64,000 nucleotides of DNA from NCBI RefSeq assembly GCF_009914755.1, contig NC_060947.1. One strand, 5' to 3'. Positions 14,437 through 34,445 of this stretch are shown here, one piece after another. The notes beneath the pieces are model-generated. The model had not been told where the DNA came from. It saw only the letters and a list, made by a program, of their open reading frames with translations, and did no database searches. This stretch comes from the human T2T-CHM13v2.0 reference genome, Homo sapiens. The number at the start of each line of letters is the position of its first letter. The first letter of the stretch is position 1. The translations under genes were made by a program, and so were the position numbers.

Positions 14437-14815
14437 ATGCAAGAAGAAATAGAAAATCTGAATAGTTCTAGAAATACTGAATAAACTGAATCTTTTAAAA
14501 CTCCCCCACATCTCTCCCAGTGCGTCACCCATCACACCACAGAAGCTCTAGTTCTAGATAATTTCCCCTAAGAATTCTACCAAACATTTAGAGGCAAAAT
14601 ATTACCAATATTATAAAACTCTTCTAGACAGTAAAAATGAGGGACCACTCCTTGCACTCCTCTGGTAAAGCCCACATTACCTAGATAAGGAAACACAACA
14701 AGAGCATTATGAATAAGAAAAATTACTGGCCTGTCTGTCTCAAGAACATAGATACAAACTACACTAACAAATTATTAGCAGACCGAACCTAGCAATAGAA
14801 CATGGGGAAAAATAA

Positions 14816-15278
<463 letters not shown>

Positions 15279-16205
15279 AGAAAAAATGTTTTATAAAAGT
15301 AACATTCATTTATAGATACGAACTCTTGGCAAACTTCTCTATTCTGATGGAAGTTATCTGCAAAAAACTTACAGCAAAAATTATACTTAGTGGTGAAATA
15401 TAGAAATGGTGAAATATAGAAACCTTTTCTTTGAGATCAGGAGAAAGAGAAAGATCCCTACAATGGTGCCAGCTATTCCAGCAAAACAAGAAAAAGAAAA
15501 AGAAAGTAAAAGTAAAAGAAGTAGACAAGACAAAGTAAAATGAATTATTTGTAGATAATGTTACTGGGTACATAGAATAGAATAACCAACAGAAACTGAA
15601 ATTCAGTGCTATTTACCACGGCACCAAAAAATATCAACTACTCAGGAATGACTTTTTTTAAAAAAAGCACAAGCTGTCCTGCAGAAAACTATTAAACATT
15701 ACTGAGAGAAATATTCAAAAATAAACAAAAAAAAAAAAAAAAGAGAGAGAGAGAAATATACCATGTTCCAGAATTGGAAGGTTCAATACTATAGAGATAT
15801 AAATACTTCCCAAATTGATCTTCAGATTCAATGCAATCATAATCAAAATCTGAAAAGGTGTTTTTATTTGTCTGTTTGTGGAACTTGACAAATTAAAAGT
15901 TTATGGAAATTCCATACTGAAAGTTTGTGGAATTCAAAGTCCCAAGAACTGTGACATGCTTGAAGATTGAGACTTGCTCTACTCTGTATTAAGACTTATA
16001 AACTGACAGTATATACAACTGAAAATAATTGAAATAAAAATAAACCAGCATGGCATAATAGAGGGTCCAGAAACAAATCTTTGCGTATATGGAAATTTGA
16101 TTTACAACAAAGGTAACCTTGTAAGACAGTGGAAAAAGAATGATCTTTTCAATAAATGGTACAGGGATAAAGGGATACCTGTATTTGCAAAAATGAAACT
16201 TGGCT

Positions 16206-16447
<242 letters not shown>

Positions 16448-16740
16448 ACTCCTACAAATCATTAAGCAAAAGACGGACAAACACAGTAGAAAAGTGGGCA
16501 AGAGATTTGAACAAGCATTTAGGAAAAGAGTGCAAATAAATGACAAAAAGGGGCTCAATCTTATTAGTGAGAAAGGAAATGGAAATGAAAACCACAAGGA
16601 GATACCATTATACTCCCACTAGAATGGCTAAAGTTTAAGAGTGACAATACTAAGTCTTTGCAAGGATATGGAACAACAGGAACTTTCACACTGCTAGTGG
16701 GAGTGTGAAATAGAACATTTTCAAAAATAATTGAGCATTA

Positions 16741-17182
<442 letters not shown>

Positions 17183-18766
17183 TAATGCAATGGAACACTA
17201 GTGTACAGCAATGCAAATGAACCACCTGTAGCTTATATCCAACAACATAGTTGAATCTCGGAAACATAATGATGAGCAAATGAAACCAGACACAAAAGAA
17301 CACTTTCTATGTTATCTCATTTATATAAAATTCAAAAACAGGCAAAACTGAACTAGTATGTTTAGGGATGCCTAACTAGGCTGTAAAAGTATAAGAGAAT
17401 GCTAAGAAATTACTACCAAGAAGTTAGGTTAGTGGGGAGAAGAGTGGGAATGGGTGGGATACAGGGGGGTGCTTTGGTGGTGCTGGCAATGTTATGGTTC
17501 TTTTTTTTTTACTTTTTCAAAAATAAGTTTTTAAAGAAAAATTAGAGATGGGGTCTCACTATGTTGGCCAGAGTAGTCTCAAAATTTTTCTGGTTCTTGA
17601 TTATAGAGTGGTCATTACACAAGTGTTTGCTTCATGATAACTCACTAAACTGTACAATTATGTTTTACAATTTTATTTTTAACAGCTTTATTAAGGTATA
17701 ATTCACCCATTTAAACGGTACAAGTCTCTGGCATTTGGTATATTAAATTATTAATTTTTTGAAATTGTAGTAAAACATATATACCACAGAAAATTTGCCA
17801 TTTTAACCATTTTCAGCATACAATTCAATTGCATTAAGTACATTCACAATGTTGTGCAACCTTCACACTACCTGCTTCCAAAACTTCATAAACCCAAACA
17901 GAAACTCGGTACCCATTAAGCATTAACTCCCCATTCTCCCCTCTCCCTAGCCTTTGGTAAGTTTTATTCGGCTTTGTCTCTTTAGTAACTTCTATTTGGC
18001 TTTGTCTCTATGAATTTGCCTATTCTAGATTTTTTTTTTTTGGAGGCGTTGAGATCTGCTTGATTTATTCCAATTATTTAATACCCACAATGTCGCAACT
18101 GTGATCCCAAAGTGTGCAAAGTTAAAGCCTTAAACTGCAGCTGAGGAGAGGGCAGGAATGGCACACCTGGGGACGGTGGTGAGTCAGGAACGATGGGCAG
18201 GTGGCCATGACCAGGGCAGTGTCCTCCCCAGGGCCAGGGACAGGGGAGTGGCCTGAGGAGCAGGACTCAATTGGAGCCCAGTGCCGGAGAAGCGGGCAGA
18301 GACCTCCCGCTGGCCTAGGTCAGGAGCTCAGAAGTGCCACATGGCTGAGGGGGCAGCAGCCTGGGAAGGGCCAGAGGCAGGGCCAGGAGAGTGCCATTTC
18401 TTGGGGAGCTGGGGGGCAGGGAGGTGTCCTACAGGAGAAGCCAGGAGGGGCGGCCTGCCCCTGGGGTGGGGGCCGGGCTGGAGCAGGCTGCAGCAAGAAA
18501 GACCTGAGGCAGGCGCAGGGCCTGAGAGCCTGGCTGGCTGGGCTGGGCTTCCCAGGGCAGCCTGGCCCAGGGAGCGGTCCTGACTTTGTGGGAGATGCCC
18601 AGCGAGGGGCAACAGTACCCTCAGGGCCTCCCGTCCTCTCTCCCTGGAAAGGAGCTGGGGAACCCATAGTGTAAATCTGTGGATCACTCAGTTAAGGAGG
18701 GAGGCTGTGCCCAAAGGGGGAAAGCGGGGCACGCCCCTTCAACCACCTCGGCCTCCACCACTCTCC

Positions 18767-20418
<1,652 letters not shown>

Positions 20419-20574
20419 CTAGATATTTCGTATAAGTGGAGTCATACAGCATTTGTCCTTTTGTGTCTGGCTTCTTTCACTTAGCATAGCATTTTTAAGA
20501 TTCATCCATGTTGTAGCATGTATCAGAATTTCGTTCCTTCGTGTAACTAAATACTGTTCTATGATAGGGATACA

Positions 20575-21012
20575 CAGTTGGCTCTCGTATTGTGGGTTTG
20601 GCATTCTCAGATTCAATCAACCTCAGATTGAAAATATTGAAAGACTATACGTAGTGGCCCATGTCTGTAGTCTCAGCTACTTGAGAGTAATGCGGGAGGA
20701 TCCTTAGAGCTCAGGAGCTTGAGACCAGTCTGGGTAACGTAGTGAGATCTCCCATCTCTAAAAAAAAAAAAGAAAATATTACCCAAAAAAAGCCCAATAA
20801 AAATAATACAAATAAAAAACAATATGCTATAACAACTGTTTACATAGCATTTACATTGTATTAGGTATGATATAAGTAATCTAGAGATGATTTAAAGTAT
20901 ATGTTATATGCAAGTACTACACCATTTTATTTAAGGGACTTGAGCATCCCAAGATTTTGGTATCTGCTGGGGTCCTGGAACCAGTCCACTCATGGATACT
21001 GAGGAATGACTG
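20575..21012. mobile_element. MER2 (Tigger-type MITE) with internal Alu monomer (about 20645-20775)
   Basis: Termini CAGTTGGCTCTCGTAT and ATACTGAGGAATGACTG, the latter followed by TA. Confidence 0.75.
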
Positions 21013-21419
21013 TATTATGTTTTGTCTATCCGTTCATCTGCTGATAGACACTTGGGTTGTTTCCACCTTTTGGCGATTGTGAATAGTGCTGCTGTGAATA
21101 TTGGCATACAATGTTGGCATACTCTCTTTGAATCCTTGCTTTTCATTCCTTTGGGCATATACCCAGGAGTGGGATTGCTGGGTCCTATGAGTATATTAAT
21201 GTTTTCAGCATTTTTCTACAAGCTTTACATTTCACAATGAAAAAAAGAGAGAGGGAGGTGAGAAGAGGAAAAGGAGACAGCAGATATAGACAATTCTTTT
21301 GAATTTTTTTTTTTTTAAGAGACAGGGCCGGACCTGAATTCCTGGGCTCAAGCAATCCACCTGCCTCAGCCTCTCAAGTAGCTGGGACTACAGACGCATG
21401 CCACCCGCCTGGCCTCTTT

Positions 21420-22240
<821 letters not shown>

Positions 22241-22499
22241 ATTTACCCATGGATAGACCCGGCTCCCTCTTGGATTAATTCCCGCTTCCCCAGAAGCCCT
22301 TAACTGCATCAACAAAGGTAAATGGCAAGTCCTCAGTACTTTGCCCTCTCCTAGCAGGAGTCAAGAGGGGGCTGCGAGCCTGGGACAAAAATCACACCCC
22401 CGCCCCAAGCCTTCTACCTGACCCCTTTCATCAGGGATCAAGAGGGGCCATTAAGGATTAAACATTTACTGGGCAACCACTAGAAGCCAGGTAATAGCA

Positions 22500-22650
22500 C
22501 TAATACCTACTATTTACTTACCATATGCACGATGCTGAGTACTTTACATTTATTGTCTAGTTTAACCCTTTTAATAACTCCATGAGCAAAGTACTATTAA
22601 TTGACCCATTTTACAGATGAGAAAATGGAGTCTCAGAAGATTTAAACCCT
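22500..22650 (-). mobile_element. MIR
   Basis: CCCATTTTACAGATGAGAAAA core. Confidence 0.7.
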
Positions 22651-22869
22651 TGTTTATAAATTCCAGAATCTAAACCCTTAAGACCTGGTGGATGACCTGA
22701 ATATAAAATCCAGATCCAGTCCCAGACCTCAGGCATACAAACAGATTATTGAACTGCACTTTGCACATTTATTCTTTTGCCCTGGTCTCCCCAGTCCTCT
22801 TTCTACTTTTGATAAATGCAGACCCCACCCTCTCCCAGACCCCACCCTCTTCCTTTCCCTTTAGCTAAG

Positions 22870-22982
22870 CTAAGGTAACCAAAAGGCCAAGTTTGCCCAG
22901 GACTGATGGGTTTCCTGGGACTAGAGACTTTCGATGCTAAAGTTGAGACCATACCAGACAAAAGACCATTTCGTCTCCCTAG
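22870..22982. mobile_element. MER81-like hAT MITE
   Basis: GTTTGCCCAGGACTGATGGGTTTCCTGGGAC...GACTTTC..TGCTAAA; related copy at 42905-43016. Confidence 0.65.
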
Positions 22983-23039
22983 CTGCAGCTTACGCCTGAG
23001 TTGCTCCCCTCTCTCTCCCTCTTTCCCTTCTTCTTCAGT

Positions 23040-23351
23040 GTTTTTGTTTGTTTGTTTGTTTTTGAGACAGGTGACAGACTCGCTCTGTCGGCCAGGCTGG
23101 AGTGCAGTGGCGCCATCTCAGTTTACTACAACCTCCACCGCCTGTGTTCAAGCAGTTCTCCTTGTCTCTGCCTCCCAAGTAACTGGGACTATAGGCACCT
23201 GCCACCACGCCCTGGTAATTTTTGTATTTTTAGTAGAGATGGGATTTTGCTATGTTGGCCAGGCAGGTCTCGAACTCCTGGCCTCAAGTGATCCACCCAC
23301 CTCAGCCTCTCAAAGTGCTGGGATTACAGGCGTGAGCCACCGCCCCCAGCC
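23040..23351 (-). mobile_element. Alu (S/Jb)
   Basis: Full dimer; TSD TTCAGTGTTTTTG. Confidence 0.92.
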
Positions 23352-23473
23352 TTTCAGTGTTTTTGCTTCTCATTTCAGGCATGGCATTTCTTTTACCTCC
23401 ACTGCCTCCTTGGGGGCCACGAATACTTCCTGGGTACCTTCTGGGAACCCAGCACCCTGGTTGGAACAGACTA

Positions 23474-25256
<1,783 letters not shown>

Positions 25257-25876
25257 AGGGCATTTCTTGAACAGGGCTTAGTACTTTGGGTGCTCATAGT
25301 TGACCTGAACATCATTCCCAAGTGGACACATTATTCACATAAACAGTGAGGATATTCTGGACTTGACTGACACCTGGGGAGAAAGAAAAGGACAATTCCT
25401 CAAGCAGGTTCCCCTTCAATTCCTTCTTTCCTTCCTTCCTTCCTTCAATACTTATTGAGGGCCAATGATGCTCTAGATTCTTTTCTAGGCAGCAGTGAGT
25501 AAGCCAGATAGAATCCTTGCCATCATGGGACTTACATTCCCTGGTCCTTCTGTCTCCTTGAGGAAACATCTTGAGATAGGTGATCAAGTCTTCCCTGTAT
25601 TTCAATTCCCAGCACCTTGCATGGGATCTGTTACATAGATGTTCAATAAAGGTCGACAGAATGGCTGTTTGAATGAGGGCATGAATAGATAAATAAGTGA
25701 TGTTAATGCCTTAAGTTCCATCCTGAGAGGTCCACTAACTTTGATAAAGGCTTCCCATGTTGAAGGCAGGTATCACTGAGAGGAATAGTGGCCAACTGTG
25801 CTTAGTGCAAAATTGACAGCTGATGGAAGAGTTTGGGTCTTCAAGGGGCTGCAATGGAATGCCAAAGCAAAGGGGA

Positions 25877-26298
25877 TATATTAGGCCGTTCTCACATTGC
25901 TATAAAGAAATGCCTGAGACTGGGTAATTTATAAAGAAAAGAGGTGTAATTTTCTCATGGTTCTGCAGGCTGTACAGGAAGCATAGTGGCTTCTGCTTCT
26001 GGGGAGGCCTCAGGAAGCTTCCAATCATGGTGGAAGGCAAAGGGGGAGCGAGACGTCTCACAGAGCCAGAGCAGGAGAAAGTGGATAGGGGAGATGCTCA
26101 CACTTTTAAACAATCAGATCTCCTGAGAACTCCCTGACTACCACGAGAACGAGAACGGCACCAAGGGGGATGGTGCTAAACCATTCATGAGAAATCCACC
26201 CCCATGATCCAACCATCTCCCACCAGGCCCCACCTCCAACATTGCGGGTTACAACTGAAGTTGAGATTTGGGTGGGGATACAGATTCAAATTATATCA
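25877..26298 (-). mobile_element. MSTA solo LTR
   Basis: GCTATAAAGAAATGCCTGAGACTGGGTAATTTATAAAGAAAAGAGG; 5-bp TSD GGGGA at 25872-25876 and 26299-26303. Confidence 0.9.
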
Positions 26299-26559
26299 GG
26301 GGACTTTAGGGGACCCAGGCCTGCATGTGGTCCTGAATAATTAGGAGACAACAGAAGGCATTGAGCAGCTGGGGAGAGAAACCCTGGAGGAATGTCAGGC
26401 ACAAACAAAGCCACCCACAGCCACCCTTGTTGCACTGCTTTCCTGGCCCTGGAGGAGGCAGGGCTGGGAGGAAAGTGCTGGCAGGGGAAAGAATGCAGGA
26501 TGTCCCTCAGAACAAATCCTGATCCCTACACTGAACAAACTGCACCCGGGAAAGAACAG

Positions 26560-26730
26560 GGGCTCTGGAGCTGACCTATTGGCTTCAAATCCAGCTCCGT
26601 CACCAACTGTGCTACCTTGAGCAAGTCACTTAGCTCCTCTGTGTCCCACTTTCCCCACTCCTTAAATGAGGTAATGATGCTGATCTCAGAGGGTTTTTCT
26701 AAGGATCATCTAGGCTAAGTGATGTTAAAG
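26560..26730 (+). mobile_element. MIR
   Basis: TTCAAATCCAGCTCC...ACCTTGAGCAAGTCACTTA. Confidence 0.7.
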
Positions 26731-26744
26731 GAAAAAAATACCTA

Positions 26745-27262
26745 ATCTAAAAAGATTGATCATAAAAGTAGAGAGTATAATGGTGGTTATCAGAGGGTGG
26801 GGTGCTTAGCAGGGATGGGGAGAGGTTGGTCAGAGGATATATACTTAACAGTTAAGAGGAAGAAATGTCAAAAGATCTATCATACAGTAAAGTGACTATA
26901 GTTAATGACGATGTACAGATGCTTCTTGCGTGCTTTTGACTTGTGACATTTTCATTGGGACATAACCCCAGTATAAGTTGAGTAGTAAGTTGAGGAGTGT
27001 AATGACTGTGTATCACTTTCACTCCACTGTAAAGTCAAAAAGTTGTAAATCGAACCATTGTAAGTCAGGACCGTCTGTACTGTTCTTGAAAAATGTAAAG
27101 AGAGTGAATATTACGGGCTGTTACCAGAAAGTGGTAACTGCAAAGTAATGCATTTGTTAATTGACTTGATTTGGCCATTCTACAACGTATGTATTCTTCA
27201 AGACATCATGTTGTACATGATGAAAACATATTATCTGCCAATTAAAAAAATACATAAAACAA
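26745..27262 (+). mobile_element. L1MA 3' end interrupted by a Tigger-type MITE (26916-27077)
   Basis: L1MA 3' UTR text; MITE CAGATG...CCGTCTG flanked by TA at 26914-26915 and 27078-27079. Confidence 0.7.
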
Positions 27263-27276
27263 ATTTAATGACACCT

Positions 27277-27682
27277 TGTTAAAGCACGCTAAGCCAGACT
27301 TTATTCAGGATCATCGAGATAGGTATAGGGAACACTACAATGGGATTTTGCAGTAGAGGAAAGAGATTGGGCTCATCCCCAAATACAGCATGGGCAAGTG
27401 AGAATTTACAGTTAAGGGGCAGGGTGAGGTCAGTGGATGGAAAATTACTAAGAAAGAACATCGTGGTACCCATTCTGCCTAAACCAACCTGACAGGACTC
27501 TTGCTGAAGGCTGGCCAGGGTGATCAGATATCACTCTGGGATGGTGGAGGGTGAGGAACTGATCAGATATTGAGAGTAGGGGGTTCTTACTAATATGAGT
27601 TTTTACAAGGATGGGCACAGATGGACCTAGAAGAAGGTTGGGGAGCCTAACTAACATTTGGTCCAACAAAAAATCTTTGTCA
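27277..27682 (-). mobile_element. MER31-like ERV1 LTR
   Basis: Minus strand begins TGACAAAGATT...TAGGCTCCCCAACCTTCTTCTAGGTCCATCTGTG; AATAAA near 27300. Confidence 0.75.
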
Positions 27683-28252
27683 GTGGTTCTCAGTGTGGTC
27701 TTCAGACGATGAGCAGCATCACCTGCGAACTCATTAGAAATACAAATTCTCAGGCCCCACCTCAGACTTGCTGAATCAGAGAACCGGGGCTTTAACAAGC
27801 ACTCTAGGGGATTCTGATGCTTGCTGAAGTTTGAGAAACATTGTGCTATGTCAGCATAGTAACAAACCCTTTGTAAGTGAGAAATTCTTTTTCTCTGCCC
27901 TGATGACAGAATTAGGGGACTGGGTCCCAGGACTGCTCTCCGGGTGCACAGCAGAGTCACCTAGGGAGCTTCAAAATCTCCGGAAGCCCAGGTCTCTTCC
28001 CAGACCAATTATTTCAGAATCCTGGGAGATGGGGAGGGATGCAGACATCAGTAGTTTTTCAAGGTTCCCAGGTGATTCCCCAGCCTCTTGCATTGGAGCT
28101 CCCTGGAGGGCTTGTTAAAGCAAAGAGTACCAGGGCCCAGCCTGGAGCAGCTGATTCTGCAGGTCTGGGGTGGGGCCCAAGAATGTGCATTTCTAACAAG
28201 CTCCCAGATGATGCTGAGCCCGGTCTGTGGACCACACTGTGAGAACCACTGT
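27681..28252. mobile_element. Cluster of about three MER5 (hAT-Charlie) MITEs
   Basis: CAGTGGTTCTCA...TGAGAAACATTG (+, 27681-27843), a middle fragment, and a minus copy ending TGAGAACCACTG (28250). Confidence 0.75.
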
Positions 28253-28732
28253 TGTAGGGGGATTTGATCAGAAAGGAGGTGTGTGGGAGTGAGGAGGTTG
28301 GGGAGAAACCACTGCTTCCTCCACCTACCCTTCTCTCTCCGCCTTGAATTAAGCATGGGATAACTGGGTGTGAACTTTGCTTACACATTCATTGTTTTTA
28401 TTACTCTCTGCCTGCACAGGAGGGATGAGATCATTTGACATTTGTGGAGAAGCTAAGTGGTGGCATGGACCTCCCTCAGAGAGAGCAGGGATTATCTTCC
28501 CCAGGAAAATAAATCAAGGGGAGCCACCTGGATTAGGATCCCTTGGGTGGCGTGTGGGACAACCTTGGGGATCCCTCACCGCCACCCCGGCCCTGGCCCT
28601 GGCCGCCTTGCCAGTGTTTTCCTAGAAGATGCTTTCTTTTATGATTTTATTTCACTTCCTCTGGATCCCAATCTCCCCTAGTGTGGAGGGGGAGAGGGAA
28701 CCAGGAGATAGGGGATATTTTCTGTGGGGTTT

Positions 28733-28959
<227 letters not shown>

Positions 28960-30550
28960 TAGGGGCACAGAGAGTTTTGTCTGTTTTGTTTGCTGCTATA
29001 TGCCTGGTGCCTGGCATATAGTAGGTGTTCAATAAATATTTGCTCAGTGACAGAGGACCAGTTATGGGCTACTCCTTCCATTGGGCAAGGAAGATTCAGC
29101 CCCTGCCATCAAGAGCCAGGGGAGAAAGACACTAAATCCTCAACGACAGCCCCTGTGACAGGCCTGATCACAGCCAGGGGTCTAGGACCGTTTGTCAGTG
29201 GCCCCATCCCAGGCTTGGGGCAGGGGAGTGGGGAGGGGGCCAGGAAAGGGTTCCCAGTGGGAGTGTGTTTCAGCCAAGGCTTGGAAGATGAGCACGAGGC
29301 AGCCAGGAAAGGACGGGAGAAAGATGCTCCAGGCTGAGCCTCAGACACTGCTGTGTGCAGTGCAATGGACTTGCTCGTGTTCTGGATGAAATCAAGCACT
29401 ACCTGTGTAAATTAAGCTCCCGGTTGTCCTGCCTTCCTGATCACATCCTCCTTCCCTACTTCAGAGGTAACCACTGGATGAAATCTGCTGTTCCTAATTT
29501 CTATACATGTCTTCCCATTTTCATGACATAGCTGTGCATCACTGTGTAAAACGTAGTGGTGTGTGTGTTTAGGCATCTTGACCTCCCTGTTGATCTCGCC
29601 GAATTTCTTCTGCTGCTCTCTTAGCTTTGCAGTGTATCTGCTTGTGAGACTCCTCTGTGGGCATGTGGGTCTCTACCACATGTGTTTTTGCTGCTGTTTG
29701 GATTGCACTAGGGGATGGCACCACAATGAATGGACCTATTCTCTGCTAACCTTGTCCCATGGGCATCTCACTGGATCCTCAGAATAACCCCACGAGGGAA
29801 GTGCTGGTATTAACCCACTTTACAGATGAGGAATCCGAAGTGTAGTTCAAGCAAAGTTGGTAACTGGAGATGGGGCTGACTCCCACCTGGCCCTGGAAAC
29901 GCCTCCTGCCATGTCCTTTCCATGTTACCTTGGTTCTCCACTCCCGCTTTGGGGAATTTGGGCTCCACTCCACATCCCCTTTCCCCCTCCTTGGTGGCTG
30001 TGGGGCCTCTCCCCGTCCCCTGCCCCAGAAGGCAGTGCTTAAAAGGCAAGAGTGAGGCGCTTTCTTATCCTGGGCAGCACCCTTGGGGGAGGCAGGCCTT
30101 CAGGGAGCTGCCTGTAACCCCAGTTTGCCCAAGGATGGAGCCCTGGAGCCCTGGACCTCAGTTGCCAGATCCCCTGTGCTGCTCTCAGCAGAGCCTTCCA
30201 AGAAGGCCCTTCTGCTCAAAGGGCCTGGGGGCCCCCAACTGGCAGGAGCAACCAGAAGCAGGAAGGTGGACTTGCCGGGGGGCCTGGCCCTGCCTCCTGC
30301 TATGTGACCTTGGGCAAGTCACTTCCTCTCTGGACCTCAACCTTCTCATCTGAAAATGGGGGCTCTGCTTTCATGTCTAAGGTTCATATTTAAGGTCCCT
30401 TCCAGCTCTAAAAAAACTTCTTTGCATCCTGGGCCACTACCGAGATGGAAGAAGAGATTCTGGAGTGTGCTCACAGGGTTTGGAGGTGAGGGGCTCCCGC
30501 TGGGGTAGCTTTGCTCCTTGTTGTTAAAGTAACTGAATGAATCTTCCTAA

Positions 30551-30883
<333 letters not shown>

Positions 30884-31463
30884 TAATTTCCTTGTCTTTT
30901 TGGATTGTCATCTTCCAGGGGAGATCCAGGGCAGGGAATCCGTGAACCAGGGTGGCCTGCCACGCTGCCTAGCTGGGAACTCTTGTACTCCCATCTTGAT
31001 GAATCAATGGAACTCGTTACTTTAATCACAATGAGAGGTGATAGCCCTGTGAACAAGGGATATCCAGGCTGACAAATGGAACCTGCAGCCAAAACAGGTG
31101 AAACCCAGGCCCGTCCCAACCACTGTGCCTCAGGTGAGCCTGGAGGGTGTGGCATGAAGGAGGGAGCTGGGCGCTGCTGCTCAGGGCATGGGCAAAGCTG
31201 TTTGCCTTATGGGAAGGGGCTGGCAGGAAGCCCTCCTTCCCACCTCAGGGGCTGGCTTCCCGGCTATTGTGGGAGTGTCTGAGGTAGTGACTGAAGCTCT
31301 GAGACCCAGCACCTCCACACTGACTCAGCCGTCTTGCCTCTTGGAGAAGTTCTTTCCCTATTCCAACTATCCTAAAGTGGCCCTTCTACAACCGGGCTGT
31401 GTTCCTGTCACACAAAAAGTCCTTTGTGAACAGAAATGGTCAAAAGGCTTTGCCTTCCATTTA

Positions 31464-31751
<288 letters not shown>

Positions 31752-31879
31752 CTACCCCACATTTCCAGACTTACCTTTCCTGGCCCCACCCTCCCGTGTG
31801 TAGTGACATTTGCTGTAGCCACCCCAGCTCCCACCCCCTGCACTCACTTCCCACGTTGGGACATGGCCTTGCCAAAGTC

Positions 31880-32245
31880 TCCACCACACAGGAAAAGCTT
31901 TCCTGACCTCCCCTCACCTGTGTTGTCTTGGATGCTGTTCCTGACTAGCTTAAAATCCCATTATGTACCTTCAGCCCCTTTGTGCAACTTCCTGGCACAT
32001 GGCTTCCAGTTGCGATAACTGCCGGCCTCTTCTCCTTCACTATCATCTGATGGCAATAAGCCACCTAGACCCTTTTCACTGCTGAGTCCCAGCACAGTGC
32101 CTGGCATGCAGCAGATGTCCAGTAAATATCTGATGAATGGGCAGATTTTTCCTGTACAAGAACTTTCAGGAGTGGGGATTACCATTACTGTTTTACTGAT
32201 GAAGAAACAGAAGCTTAGAGAGTTAATTGCTCAGGGTCAGATAGA
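31880..32245. mobile_element. L2 3' end followed by MIR fragment
   Basis: CCCAGCACAGTGCCTGGCATGCAGCAG...TAAATATCTGATGAATG; TTTTACTGATGAAGAAACAGAAG. Confidence 0.65.
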
Positions 32246-32410
32246 CAAAGGGGGCCCACCAGGGCCCTGTTAAATAACCTCACCTCTCCAGAGACTCACT
32301 AGAAAGTGCTCTCAACAGTCCCCATGGTAGCCTTTGTCAATGGGTGGCAATAGCCCTTGGATGGGTAGCATTTGCCAGTGTAGGTGGGTGACATTTGGTG
32401 GATTTTGAAA

Positions 32411-32968
32411 TGTGTATGTATGTGTTTAGGTATGGATGTGTACGTGTGTACATTTGTGTAGGTGTATATTTGTATGTATGCCTGCATATTTGTGTGTAGG
32501 TGTGTATATGTGTGCATGTGTATATGCATATGTGTATATGTGCATATGTATATTTGTGTGCATGTGCGTATCTGTGTATGTGTCGATGTGCATGTGTATA
32601 TATATGTATATCTGTGTATGTGTATTCATGTTTGTGTGTGTATATGTTTGTATGTGTGCATATGTGTGTGTGTACGTGTGTATATTTATATGTGTGTATG
32701 TGCATGTGTGGTGTGTGTATGTGTGTGTACACGTGTATTTTTGCATGTGTAGAGGTGTGTATGGGTATGTGTGTGTGCATGTGTGCATGTGTGTGTGTAT
32801 GCATGTGTATTTATACATGTGTGTATGTGCATGTGTATAGGTGTGTATGGGTATATGTGTATGTGCATGTGTGTGTACACATGTGTATTTGTACATGTGT
32901 GTATGTGCGTGTATATAGGTATGTAGATGTATATGTGTGTGTGTGTTTGTGTGTGTATGTGTGCGTAT
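32411..32968. repeat. Degenerate (TG/TA/CA)n alternating purine-pyrimidine tract, about 560 bp
   Basis: Continuous TGTGTATGTGCATG-type low-complexity sequence. Confidence 0.97.
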
Positions 32969-33249
32969 TTCCTTCTAAGAGTTTTCCCCCTTCCCCTTCC
33001 TTCCCTTCACTACTTCATGGACTTTGAGGATCATGACTAAGAGTTTGTTTCCCCAAACTTAAGGTGATTAAAGACATTCTCTCAGTTCCTGGAGAGAAGT
33101 TTCCAAATAAGCCAGTGCGGGAGTGAAGCACCAAGGAGAGGCAGACAGGAGAGGGAGGCCCCCCCAAGTGCTCTGGGCTAGGAAAGCTGGGTCCTTGAAG
33201 GAGACGTGGGGGGAGCCTGTGTATCTAGGAGCTAGAGGGACAGGGCCTC

Positions 33250-34055
<806 letters not shown>

Positions 34056-34445
34056 GCTGGCTTCCTGCCAGAGTCTAGGATGGCTCCAGGGTCCATGCCC
34101 TAGGGTGGGAGAGAAGCCTCGTACCTAGTGTACCAGGATGAGACCCAAGACCTTGCCTCAAATCACAGTTTCTTGGGGCCTTAGAACTGGAGCTTCCCTG
34201 GTCAAACTGAGAAGCTGGTCATCCTGTTTGAGCCATCTGTTTTGCTATGTCACCTGCCAGCTTGGCCCTCAGACTCCAGAGCCTGGAGACAGTTGGAGCC
34301 TTGTGTTCTGCCCAACCTGCTAGGCCCAGATCTCAGCAGGAGGCTCTGCTGTTCCCTGCACCCTGGTTGCACGGTGACTTTCCTCCTGCTTTTGAAGGCA
34401 TGGAAGGGCATTCTCTTTGGACATCCAGGGGGCCCAGATACCCTC

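Noticed and set aside
32299-33027. His/Thr-rich and Cys/Val-rich ORFs up to 175 aa
   Set aside because: Artefacts of the (TG/CA)n low-complexity tract.
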